From: Dimorphilus gyrociliatus
Taxonomy: Eukaryota > Animalia > Annelida
Assembly (NCBI GenBank): GCA_904063045.1
Contig: CAJFCJ010000002.1
Location: 3,529,891 to 3,593,890, forward strand
DNA length: 64,000 nt
Direction of reading: 5' to 3'
The notes beneath the pieces are model-generated. The model was not told where the DNA came from. It searched no databases and saw nothing but the letters and a program-made list of their open reading frames with translations. Made by a program: the position numbers and the translations under genes. This document shows, one piece after another, positions 1 to 12,299 of the stretch (positions are counted from its first letter, which is position 1; each line of letters opens with the position of its first letter).

Positions 1-1816
1 TAGAAACTCTTAGAAAAACAAAAAAACTTTTCATTATTTCAATACTATTACATAATATTATAAAAATTATCATTATTTTATAAATATACTGTCATTTATT
101 ATATAATATTACTAATAAGGTTAAACAAAATTTTATAGCAAGATGACAGTCTTATTTAAGTAAAAGAAAAGTGAAGATAGTATTTGCTCTAGGGTATTTT
201 CTAGCGGGAAGGAATTCCGATTGGATTTTTATCAAAGTTTCCACATTTGTTACAAACGTTACCAACTGTTCTTTACTAGATGTACAAGTTGCGAACAAAC
301 GTTGAATTCTTGCAAAGTTTGTTAAAAACATGGTTTCCTTTTCTACTCAACAAAGCCAAACAAATGAGTTTTAAGAAAATAGTTAAAAACTTTACTGTCT
401 TTATTTTTTATTTTAATAGTCTGAATAAAATATAGAAGAATTTCTTTTTTTTTTCCACTGAGAGAATACAATTGGTAACTAAGAGAAATAGCAGGAAAAG
501 TAATGTATTTGATATTTGTATCGTATCAGAAATTACTGACGTTTCTGTTCTTTGTTACTTTGATAGTGATAAACAGAGCTCAAGTTCCATGGATTTATTC
601 TCGTCCATGTGTATGTATACATATATATATACAGTATATACATATACTAGTTAATATGTATGCATGTATGTAGGTGTACATGTACGTGTGCGTATGTGAC
701 ACTTCAAATGTACAATTTGTAATAAAATCTACCATGATATAAACGATAATACTGATTGTGAATAACAAAAATTGGGGTTACAAGGCCACAGTGCTAAATG
801 TAAGTCTTTCATTTAGATTCCTTTATCAAAGCATCTGGAACCAATCTTTATATTTCTAAAAAATGATCTAAAGGTCAAAACCTCAACCACTAGAGATAAT
901 TATAAAATATTATTTAAACTACTTTCAGACTTTTTAAAACTTAGTTATTCATTTTCTTTTTTTTTCTAACAATTCTATGATTGATGTGTACGATAAGTTA
1001 GTAATAAATGTAATCTATTAATTACCATCGATATTTAGTGCTATTTTGTAATTACTTTGGTACCTTCATATAGCTCAATTAGCTTAATGACAAAATTACT
1101 GAGAGTTCAAAATAAATTGTAGGCCTTATAAAATTCAAATAGCCGTATCACATTTTACATATTTGACGGATGTATAGCTTGGCCTGTCATCTTTGTGGTT
1201 AATTATAACTCAGTTTCTATATGCTGCTTTCTTGGGAAGAATCCAACATTTTTTCGCTATAGAATGCATACATAATATGTTGATATTGCATTTCTCTCAT
1301 TTTTCTTATAGTAAGTAACTTAATTATCTTTTTATCATCTGCTATATGTAATAGTATAAACTTTATGCTCAAAACAAGCAAACAAACATTTCGGAGAGTA
1401 TACTGTTTTTTATTCCATTGATTGGGAGTTTTTTTTAAGATGATAGATGGCGCTGTGTATAGAAATTCATCCGTGTGTTTTTTATTAGCAGACGATGACA
1501 TATCAGCTGTTAAGAAAAAAGTTTCTAATTTTTTTTAGTTTTCAAACTGTTGAAAAACAATTTTGAAAATGGTTGAAATTTATTAAATATATATTTCATT
1601 GTCAATAAAATAGGTCAACAATTATTGTTTTTTGATTTCACAAACCTAATAAACATTGGAACATAGGATTATTACAATCAGACTGGCGGAAGAAAGTAAC
1701 TAATTCACAGATACGCTAATTCCATCGGTATTGATAAGAAGATTGGGAATGATTTTGATAAAATAGATAAGTTTGATTTTGTCTACTATTGAAAATGAGA
1801 AGAAACATATTTCATC

Positions 1817-2496
1817 TCATTTACGTTTCTTAGTTTCTCTTCTTTGAGCTTTGAGCTTTTTCTTTTCCTCAATAGCTCTTTGCTTTTCTCGAATAGATGA
1901 CACAAGTTTGTAACCAAAAAAAGCTGTTGATAAAAAACAGAATCTTTATTAAAAGTTATCTTGATGTTACATAAACTTTTACACGTGTCACCTCAAACAA
2001 TAGATCTAAAAGAAACGCTAACTTTAATTATCAATAGAAGGATTTCAATGATATTAATGAATTATTAAAGCTTGCTTTATAAATGTTCGAACGTATAGAT
2101 ATTTCCTAATGATCAACTTTTGTATTTTTCTTATACAATTACAAAAGCTAAAGAAGATACATATACATGTATATGTATATGTATGTATATATATAAATAT
2201 TTATATTTCATTAAGGGTTTTAATACGATTAATGGCTACTAATTCAATTTTCACTATATTGTAATTATTTGTAAATTGATTGTGCTAAATTAATTTTTTA
2301 AATCGACCTTTAAAACGGTTACGTAAGAATTGCCACGAATAATTAGTCAGTGAAACATAGTAAAATTAACATTTTTTCTGAAATTTTATTAACTATACTT
2401 ACAAACTAAACAAATAATAATAATTGCAGGAACGATAAATATCGTATTACTGATTCCCTCTTGAACAGGGCCCTTGGGATCGCTTAAGTCTACCAT
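1817..2496 (-). CDS. 66-aa single-pass membrane microprotein (2 exons: 2496-2403, 1923-1817), absent from the ORF track
   Basis: ATG at 2496, donor gtaagt at 2402, acceptor cag at 1926-1924, phase 1 matches, TGA at 1819-1817. Translation MVDLSDPKGPVQEGISNTIFIVPAIIIICLVSFFGYKLVSSIREKQRAIEEKKKLKAQRRETKKRK: one hydrophobic helix then a Lys/Arg-rich tail. Confidence 0.8.
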
Positions 2497-2575
2497 TTCT
2501 CTATCAGCAGATTGTTGTTGAGCTTAAATCAAACAAAATATCGTCCACGTAGATTTCCATTTCCGCTGTTCACCG

Positions 2576-2588
2576 ACACCAGATGGCA
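2576..2588 (+). promoter_or_regulatory. CTCF-like motif upstream of the microprotein gene
   Basis: ACACCAGATGGCA matches the CCASYAGRKGGCR consensus with one mismatch, 80 nt upstream of the ATG at 2496. Motif match only. Confidence 0.3.
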
Positions 2589-3123
2589 TAGTCAACTCTG
2601 GCGGATTTTTTAAGTGTATTTATTTGCCGTATTTATTTATCAGGAAGTGTTCCCATAATAGAATATATTTCTTTAATAAATCGATTTAATACAGTAACTG
2701 AGATTATACATAAATTGATCTTAGAGTCTTCCAAGGATTTTTCCTAAGAATTTATTGAGCAAAGTTCATTGACAAAGTGGGTCGAGTTAAGTTTGCTGGG
2801 TAACAAGATCGGATTTGTAAATTTTCTTAGAAATTATTAAAGATATTATTAAAAAGTTTGGAAATAATTTTCAAATGATGTAAAACGACCTAAACTAACA
2901 AACTCTTATAAAAAGCACTCATGATTCTGTGTTTTCGATTTCCTTTAAAATCACTGATGAAGTATAAAAATATTTTATATATGATTTCGCTGTATTATTA
3001 AATATGAGTGCAAATTTTCAGTTTTTCATATGATATTCAAGTCAGCTTAGTTTTCTTTTCACGTATACCAGAACATAACTTAAACATACTACATTTGGTT
3101 AAAAATAATTCCTTTCTTTTTTG

Positions 3124-3480
3124 ATGGAGCCAATTTGTAGTATAGTAATTTTACTATTTGTGAAGAATGTATTCTTAGCTGCAGCTTTGGATTTGGAAGT
3201 ACCAGAAGGAGATAGTCCATTGGTTATTTCGTGTCAAGATAGTAATACAATACATGTGATATCAGCTTCATACGGAGCAAATAGTTGTACAGCTATTAAA
3301 TCACTAGAGATCGTGGGAGATTATTGTGAGGGAAAGCAAGACTGTTCTATTCTGCCAATCAATGGAATATTTGGAGATCCTTGTCCAGGAGTACCAAAAT
3401 TTCTAAAAGTAACATATGAATGCAAAGGTATAATCTTACTGTTTCTTTACTTTTTGTTTTTACATATCTCAAGCATTTAA
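3124..3480 (+). CDS. SUEL-type (galactose/rhamnose-binding) lectin with signal peptide; 3' end uncertain
   Basis: Hydrophobic N-terminus, then ISC..I.VISASYG, CEGKQDCSI and FGDPCPGVPKFLKVTYEC, the SUEL/Gal_lectin signature. Possible donor at 3428 (ag|gtataa); otherwise it reads through to a hydrophobic C-terminus. Confidence 0.85.
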   Translation: MEPICSIVILLFVKNVFLAAALDLEVPEGDSPLVISCQDSNTIHVISASYGANSCTAIKSLEIVGDYCEGKQDCSILPINGIFGDPCPGVPKFLKVTYECKGIILLFLYFLFLHISSI

Positions 3481-4499
3481 TATTACTATTTAATTTATAA
3501 ACAAGTTTAATCTATATTTATAATTAACAAGACTTCATAAACAGCTCAAATCATTCATGAAACTAAAAACTATGTATCTTTTACACAAATTAAACTCTGA
3601 ATTAAACAGTCATTCTTTAAGCTACTTTGAAATAACTTTCATCTTATTTTCTTACTTAATTAATACAACGTTTGTTACATATTAATAAATGTACACATGT
3701 GATGATTGTCAGAAGACTAATGTTAACAGAATTAATATTATCATTATTCCAATGTCTTTTACCCAAATATGACACATATAATTAACGTTAAAGTATTAAC
3801 AATCATTATTTAATATACTTTCTGTATAGTAATGCTATGCTGTTCCAGTTAAGGCATTAATGAATTTATTAGAAAATATATGGAGCTAATGGAGCTATAG
3901 CTGGAAATTGAAGGCAGAGTGTTCATTTCAGGCTGTTGGAAGCAATCATATAAGTATCCAGCACTTTATTACAAACATTTATTTCGATAAATATAAACAG
4001 TGTCATGTTGTTTCTTATTGTAACTGTAATTATAGTTTTCCTATGTAAACATATATAACATACTGTATATGAGTTAAAGAAACGCTTTAATTGCTAAATA
4101 TCTTCGTTGTTTTATTTAGTTTCCATTCTGTCGGTACAAAAAACGAAATTATTGAATATTGGTGGAAAAATGAATTCTAATTAAGGTCAGATATGATTAG
4201 ATAGTATAAAATTTAAGGTTAATTCTACAATTCCATAGTTATTCAGTATATAAATTATGAATTATTAGACAGAAATTCAAAACAGCCCAAAGGACAAATT
4301 TTGAATGAAAAAAAATTTCGTACTATATGTAGTTCAATTTACTTTTTATGGCAATAGCGTGGTTTCTTCTACATGATGTTTCAGAATATATATGAACTGT
4401 TGACATTGAATTGACTTCTGACTTCAATTATGTAAATATAAAAAGTAATGAATGACTTAGTTTCTTTTCTTTCACAAGAAACTTAATTTTTTTCTAAAC

Positions 4500-7024
4500 T
4501 TATGTTCGGATGGCTTCAGGTTTTGGTCTCTCTGGAACCATTTGACTAAACAGGAAGGCTTGCACAGCACAGGAGAGGACAAAAAACAGCCAAAAAAATA
4601 GTCTATCAACAAATTTTGTAACAACTCTCCACTCTATTTGAATTCTGTCATAATCCATATGATAATGGTGTCCACCTTGTCTTAGATTATGTTGGCCAGA
4701 AGATGGCAGTGTGCGGCAATTGCAGCAGTTACAACAAGTTAAACTTTCTAGATCACTTTCCGTAATGGATAAAACGTCTCCATGACTTCCATTACAGTTG
4801 TGCTTTCCTATCCTCATCGCTGACATGTTAATGGAGACTGATCTAGATTCGGGAAGTTTATCCTGATAAAATTTTTTAGCAATTTTTAAAACTCCAGCGG
4901 GCGGTGATTTAAAAGAATCCTTTTTCGAGTAAACATTTGTAACTACAACAGCCATAACTAAAGCGATTGAAACCATAAGCATCGTTGAACAGAAGAACAT
5001 TCCTACAAGGTCGAAAAATATATAGTTTTTTGCTTTATCAGTGTAAATATTTAGTTTAAAGAAAAATGTTACCTAAAATTGGAACTGAATCAGGGGTTGG
5101 AGGCATTGTTTCGCCAACCATTAACAAAAACACGACCAATGCCAATAAAATTGTTATTTCCAAATTAACCTTTTCCCCACTTTCAACAGGTAGAAAGAAA
5201 CCAAGAAATGATATAAGAAAAATAAGGAAGCATGGGGCAATTAGATTAACGACGTAGAAGAGAGAACCACGCCTCATATGGATTGAAAATGTGACGTCTG
5301 GGTAGGGCTCGCTACAACAAGCATATTTTTTTTCTGTTCTTTTTGCAGTTATTCCATCAACAGTCCACTCTTGATTTTCGGGAACATAGTAGACAGTGTT
5401 CTCAAACGACGAATTGTAAGCAAGATCCAATTGGAAACCATGATAAGTCCACGAGATAAAGACAATATCGCATTTTTGCGTGTCGAAAGGAAAATATTTG
5501 ACATTGAGGGTGCAATAAGTTTTAACTAAAGCAGGAAAAAGCCACAGAACAAGACCATTATAACGAACAATAGCATTTGTTATCATGTAATCGTTGAATT
5601 TATCCCCAGCACTGAAAGAAAATTTTTTAATTAATTTCATGAATATTCATTAAATTTTCAAATATATTTAAAAATATAGAATTTTAAGGAAATGAAAAAA
5701 TAAATTTGTTCTTTCTATTTTTAATTGAAGTGACTATTTCATTTAATTACTGCTTTTTTTGGGAAAAATAAATCATGCTGCAATTAGTTATCTTCCCTTT
5801 TAAATAAGCTTAAACAAAGCTTCTTTTACAATTATCAAACTTTTAATCTAATTGAAAGATGCTGCTGTACTCTTGGTGAAGTATTTAAGAAAAGGTTTTA
5901 AAGATAATACCTAAAGAATTTAGATAAAAGATCAATGGAAACGAGATAAATTATTCATAAAGTGATATATAGATATCACTTGTTAGATGAAAATGAAAAG
6001 GATTAACGTGATTTATTAACTGAAATACGATATAAATGGGATGATTGGTACGTGATTGACTTAAAAGAACAATTTAGTTGAAAAAAAAAAATAAACTTTA
6101 CTCAAAGTCTCCAGTGATAGCTTGATATGAAAATTGTACTTACAAATTTGATACTACTAAATCAGGAGTCCAAAGCTGATTGGACGGTATCATTATTGTC
6201 TTGACACCACCATATGCCGTGGTATTCCAAGTTAAAAATTCGTCATACCATCTCTGTCTTATAGATAATAAACAAGTGAAGGTTTGCTGCTTTTCATTCT
6301 GTTGAAAGGGACAAGAGAGAAGATAATTAGCTTTAAATGCATGATGTGAATAGCCGCGTAAGAAAAGATAAATTTAGAACTACCGTATCAAGAATGTGAT
6401 AAAGAGAAACCGCAACATTAACTTTAATAGTTGAATTGTCATTTCGAACAGGCCTAGTTGTCCTGTCGTATTTTTGAAGAATTAGTCTCTTAATCTTGTA
6501 TTCGTGCGACCTTTTAACTTTATGTTTGGTCGGTTTCACTTCCTGCCGTCTGCAATAGGCTGTAAGGGTGTACGAAGTTGATTGAATAAACCAGATTAGG
6601 GGATTTTCGTTTGACATTCAATAAAGTAACCAATTGGATTATTTTACTATTTGTGTACCTCTTTAATAAACCAATTTTCGTATGACGTAATTGAATGTTT
6701 AGTTATAAACCGTAAAATTGGACATTCCCTCCCCCCTCCACCCCTCCATTTTACAAATGTAAATGACTTTATCTCTTATTTCTAATAAATTTCGAAAAAC
6801 TAACAATTTGTTCAGTAAAGTAAACAACACAAGATAAAAACCCTACGGAGTTTTATATCTACATGCAGATCGTATCTCGAATTTGGTGAGAAAGCCGTTT
6901 TTTAATTACAAAAATCTACTTCAAATTGACATTATAACGAATTTTTACACATGCTTCGAATATTAATAATCAAAGATGGTGATTACCTACTGAACAAGAC
7001 CGCTAGCGCTTGCTTATCAAACAT
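4500..7024 (-). CDS. Nicotinic acetylcholine receptor alpha-type (Cys-loop) subunit. Exons about 6549-6384, 6298-6144, 5611-5073, 5002-4500; tentative first exon 7024-6987
   Basis: Cys-loop CTLNVKYFPFDTQKC, loop B SWTYHG, vicinal cysteines YACCSEPYPD, M1-M3 with GEKVNLEITILLALVVFL, M4 VDRLFFWLFF. Splice phases are consistent. The 5' end is uncertain because the signal peptide is weak. Confidence 0.93.
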
Positions 7025-10000
7025 CTTGGTATGCTTGGCTTTTGATGATTTCTTTTGATGAAACTTTATTACAAATTTTTATTATTTGACGAAATTATAA
7101 ATTAATTAAAATACAAAAGACTAAAAAATAACGTACTTGAATGATTATTTAGCATGTTGACAGAGGGAGAATAAAGATGAAAAAGATTCTAGATTAATAG
7201 AGACTTACACTCAGAAAGTAGGGAATATGAGAGTAACATAGTATTTCTTATATCCATTTCTGTCACTTCAAATAGAGTCAATTGGAAAAGGATGTCGGAA
7301 TCTTTATATTTTATACAATATTTAATTTGTCATCTTCCTTTACTACCCTTGTCATATATATTTAGTTTTATACTATCCAACTATTTATATATTTTGGAGC
7401 GTTTTTTGACATATATAACTTTACATTCATTACCTTTAATTTAATATTGAATTACACGAGTAGAACGGATTAGTTAAGAATTATCGTATATCATTTTCAA
7501 AGGTCAAATGTGGTTATACTTTTCTCCTATTTTAAACGATAAGATGGAAACTGAAAAATTTAAGAAAACAGTCTCAAAGAAAATCGAGAATTACTATCTC
7601 TTTTGCTAAAGCGAAATTATAGGCTAAAAAGAAATTTGTAAGAGATCAGTTTTCTTTTCTATTTTTCTTTTTTTTTTTTTCTGCAACTCTGGGACAATAA
7701 ATTATGAATAAAGACAGTGCTTAAAACTATATTGGATAGTTGAAAGAGGTGAAATGCCTACTTTTTATACTAGGATGTGTCTAATTGACGGCAATCGGCG
7801 TCACTATCGCCTTTTATCGATAACCCTAGGGCGGTGTCTAAGAAAGAGACGCCTAGTCAGCCTGGTTTGTATTGCATATAAAAATAGTCAAAGACAAATG
7901 GGCCGTAACGCGATATTTGTGAATGGCCTATAACGTGGTCATATTGGTTGGAATTGTGTGAAATATGAATAATAATTTAATTACAAATAATACAACTTGT
8001 TAAATAATGATTCCCGTGCAATAGGCCTCGTAAGTAGCTTCAAAAATCATAATAGTGGAATGAATGTAGTAGGCTTTGATAGGGCGCCATTTTTTCCATC
8101 CCAGTTTCTTCGATCAATTTTGTTTTGAGGCGTCGGAAGAACACGAATGCAAACAATCGGTTGCCGTTTGTTCGACGCTAATAAACGGCGCTCTTATTTG
8201 AAAATGGGTTTTCGGTTTCGAATTTGAGGTGGTTAGGCTAGTGGAATTTTTGTTGGATGAGACGATTTTTTTGCCAAAAACTATTCATTCACTAAATGGA
8301 AAGCAAGAGAAAAAACCGCTAAGAGACGTACAAATTCCTTATAAAATAGTAAATTTTCGGACCTAAATCCTTAGGCTGGGGAAGTTTAATAGCAAAACCT
8401 AAAAACTTTGACACTCTACATTTTCCTTTTATGGAATGAAATAATTAAAACTCCATTAAATCTTTTACATGAAATTTTACTTAAGGGTCGAGTATTGGAA
8501 TAAAATTTTGACCCTTTCCCCATCCAAATAGCGATCTATCAATTATTTCAGATATTAGATAGACTCAAACCATTGATAAATTAGTCGCCTTTAACCGACA
8601 TACTTATTTATAAATTGTGTTTTGTGTTCTCCTTTATATCTGTCTAAATGATATCAATTAATCAATAATGTAAACTATTCCACGTAATAATTTAAGCAAA
8701 AAACAGTAAAGGAACCGCAAAAAAATATTCAAACAGCTAAAACGCATTTACTTTATTTTAATTTATTCAAGGTTTTCCTGGAAAGGCGTCTTTCAGGCAC
8801 TTTTAGTTTTATCGTATATTGAATTTTACCAAGTACGAATTCTAGAAAGTTCCATCTAAAAGAGAAAACCTATTCGTAAAAGACGAGAAATGAATAAAAT
8901 TTCACAGTAAAATATATAAAATAAGAGAGAATATGCTCATTTCTCGTAGAGATTCAAATAATCGCTTGCGATAAAGCGTACTTATAAGAGAATATACCTA
9001 ACAAATGCTCTTTAGAAAATTTCTAAATCTTTATTTTTTCCATGTGAACTATTTAGGTGGGTTTCGTTTTTTTTATTATTTTAGTTGGTGGAAATAGTTC
9101 TTTCTGGAATGGAAATTTCTAAAATGCATTTGAAATTTGAGAAAAGATACCAAAGTAATATAAAAGAGATCCACTCGCCATGTATCTAAATTCTAAGGCT
9201 ATGCAGCTGTTACCCAAAAAATCCATACAACAATCGTCACATTAGACAATGATTCATTAAAAAGAACATAGTCAACAATACTTAATTTAACTAGATACCT
9301 GTATTACTTGAAAATCTCTAAAATGATTTGCAATAAAATTTATCTTATTTCTTAATGTTACACAGAATGATCCTTAAACGATTAAACGAACATAAAAACC
9401 AATTTAACTATTACTTTATTATTATATTTATTTTTTCAAAAGTAGCTAAAATAACTCACCTGACAAACACAATAAAGACAAAGCTATAAACCATTGAGGT
9501 TTTCTCATTGTGATGCTTTGTTTGCTACAGTTTTGTCCTGACCGCGCGATTGCTGTACTAGAGACAGTTTGCTGCGGGCTTCTGTAAAAGAACTTGATTT
9601 GCATAATTTATGTGACTAATAAACCATACGATTAAAGCCAATCATTACCAAAAGTATATACTATTATTATTAGGTCTATGATAGATTATTAAACTTTGTA
9701 AAATTATGTAAATTTAATTTATGAATATTCATGACGTAGTTGGCTTAAGTGTTCTTATCTGTTAAGATGTCCGCTCAAATTTAGCTCAACCAATGAAGAA
9801 ACTGGAAAATTATTGCTGTAGAAATTGGTAAACAAATAATAAGAGACGATTCTAAATGGATTGAAATAGACGGCAGCCTGTCCTTATTAACCCCAACTGC
9901 AAAGGCAGAATCCAGCTAGTTTTTACAGACTCTTCGCAGCACTGTCTACTAAAAATTAGCTTTATAGCCAGATTTTTTTTGCCGAATATCGCCTATAGGA

Positions 10001-12299
10001 GGCAATTAGCGATATAGTAGCAAGGTTGTTTATCGGAATGACAACCTTCTTGGATTCTTTTTCAAGAAATTGAGTTTGGCTTTTAAACAAACTTAGATTT
10101 CCATTTTACACCAAAAGTCCGTTTACACCTTCCTTCTCTGTCCTAGTAAGAATACATTTCTTACATATTCTTTGTCTGATTCTACAGCAATAAGAGAGAA
10201 TCATTTAATTTTCGTTGGTATTTTCTGTTGGATCTAACTCTAGCAAACTTTAATGACTTATTTCCAAGGAGAATAAATTCTTAGTCAATTCAGTAAAAAT
10301 GATAAATAATAATCATCACTATGATTAGAAGCATTACAGTAACTTCTACTTGTAAATTGTTTCTCTTTGTTGCTATTGTACAGCCTATGTATAGGTTACT
10401 GCGCATCTTACACAAGATTCAACCAAACGAATAATTTTGCAAAAAATATGTATACTAAATGTATGTTAAAGACTCTATACCATACGCTAATCTTAGAAAT
10501 ATCATGCATTGTATTATGGTAATCATGTTTAAATTGATTTAACTCGGTTTGAGAAATTTCTGTAAGTATACAATACTTATATTAATATCATCATTTAAAA
10601 TGCCGTTTTGTATAGCTAAAAAATATATTTGTTAGATAAATAAGGCTAGTTGTTCAAATTAAACACAGAATATCCTTAAACACGAAATGCAGGGTCATTT
10701 TTTATTATTCCTATCGATAGATTCGCTATAATAGCCGTTCTTCCCAAGATTATTAGTCATTTAATCATACTAACGAGTACGTTTACAATTAGTATTAATA
10801 ATACAATCAAATTTTACGTATAATCCTTTTGAATTAATAAAAAAAACAATTTTATCTCTTATGCTTTATGTCTTATATTCTTTATATATTTGTATCTTGG
10901 TGTTCTCTCTAGCATTCCCCCTCCCCCTATCTCTCTCTCTCTTTCTATCTCTCTCTCGTTTTCTATCTGGATGTGCCATATAGTTCTAGTTCTATGCGCC
11001 TATATTAAACACATTGAAAAGTACTTTACACGCATGTTTAAATATATATTCTAACTATCGAATATACTATGACGAGTATCCATATGTCGATTCTCAAAGA
11101 ACATCTTGCAAAGAATTTTTTTTAATTACTCGTAATCTGTCAATATGTAGTCTATGGAAACTATCTTCATCATAATTAAATTATAATTTATCGATTTAGT
11201 GAAAAAAAGAAACTATCACCATATTTATATAAAAAAAAGCAAATAAAAAATAATGCTTTAATTTTCTTATTATATGGAATCGTACCATATCTTCAAATGA
11301 AAAATTCGCTTAATATTACTAGACAATGTTGCTTCGGGGGTTGTAGAAAGACTTTTAATAGCGTAATTAAAAGGAACGTTTGGCTGGTTGTTGGCGGAGA
11401 AAAGCCGCGTTTATCATTTAAAGGCAATAAACGAAAACCCGAAATTGCTGAATAATATGTAAACAATTATTGAAATAGTTCGCGTAATAAGTAGAAATAA
11501 TAATTAGAAAAAATTAAACATATTCAAGAGTTCAAGGTTTTATCAAGGGAAATGTTTTTTAGATACATTGGATAGGCAAGGGGAAGAGTTAGATAAAATT
11601 TATAAACGAAATTATAAAGAAACTGCTCTGCGTATCCGCTTTAACCGCATAAAAGACTTTTTTATAATATTAGCCACTGTACGAGATCGCATAGAAACTA
11701 GAACTTTTATATTAATTTCATCCATTATCACTATTGCCAACGACATACATATTCAATAAAAATTCTTTTTCAGATTATGAGTCATTTTAATAAATTTTTA
11801 GCCATGTTTTGGACAAATATCACATCTAAATATATGAGCAGTTCTATTAATATTAAATATGACAATATAAAATTGACTTGTATAAATAAGACCATTCTTT
11901 TGTCTTTACTGTTAATAAAATAAATTTAAATGTTCTCTTTAATAAGAAATCGTGAATTGATCTTATTTTTAGAGGCATAAAAATGTCAACTATATACTTC
12001 ATTAACAAGTCTAAATGTGTATTTTCTTCCTTCGTCCTGCTTATTTTATGCAAATGAGGCTAAGAGCAGAAAAAGCAAAGAAACTTCAAAAGAGCTATAA
12101 TAATATGAATATACTAAATATATACAGTATATATAAATTCCGATTTATATACTGTTTGAATATTTAGCGATGAAAATTGAATAGCAATTTTTATGATACT
12201 CTTAGACTAATCTTTTAACCGATAAACTCTCTGGTTGTTAAAATTAGAGAATTCACTTTTGGTCCGACTACAGTCAAGTCAAGTGTAACAACGCGATAG

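Noticed and set aside
190-1501. Possible exons at the window start, including the 1217-1501 ORF preceded by a cag acceptor
   Set aside because: No recognisable domain and no consistent splice chain; may belong to a gene extending beyond the window.
5066-5257. ORF-track ORFs antisense to or in alternate frames of real genes (also 13694-13960, 15043-15231, 21384-21569, 21831-22013, 24764-25147, 26098-26301, 30879-31121, 37580-37792, 43049-43315, 50739-50948, 52483-52947, 53239-53655, 55423-55635)
   Set aside because: They overlap well-supported genes on the opposite strand or in another frame, show no recognisable motifs, and often start at TTG/GTG codons that are not meaningful in this eukaryote.
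7780-8280. GC-richer island upstream of the nAChR gene
   Set aside because: All frames on both strands are short with no motif. Probably regulatory or a repeat remnant, which sequence alone cannot support.
9735-9790. U2 snRNA-like words (gtagtt..tgttcttatctg)
   Set aside because: Only about 10 nt match; the branch-point pairing region, 5' stem and Sm site of U2 are absent.
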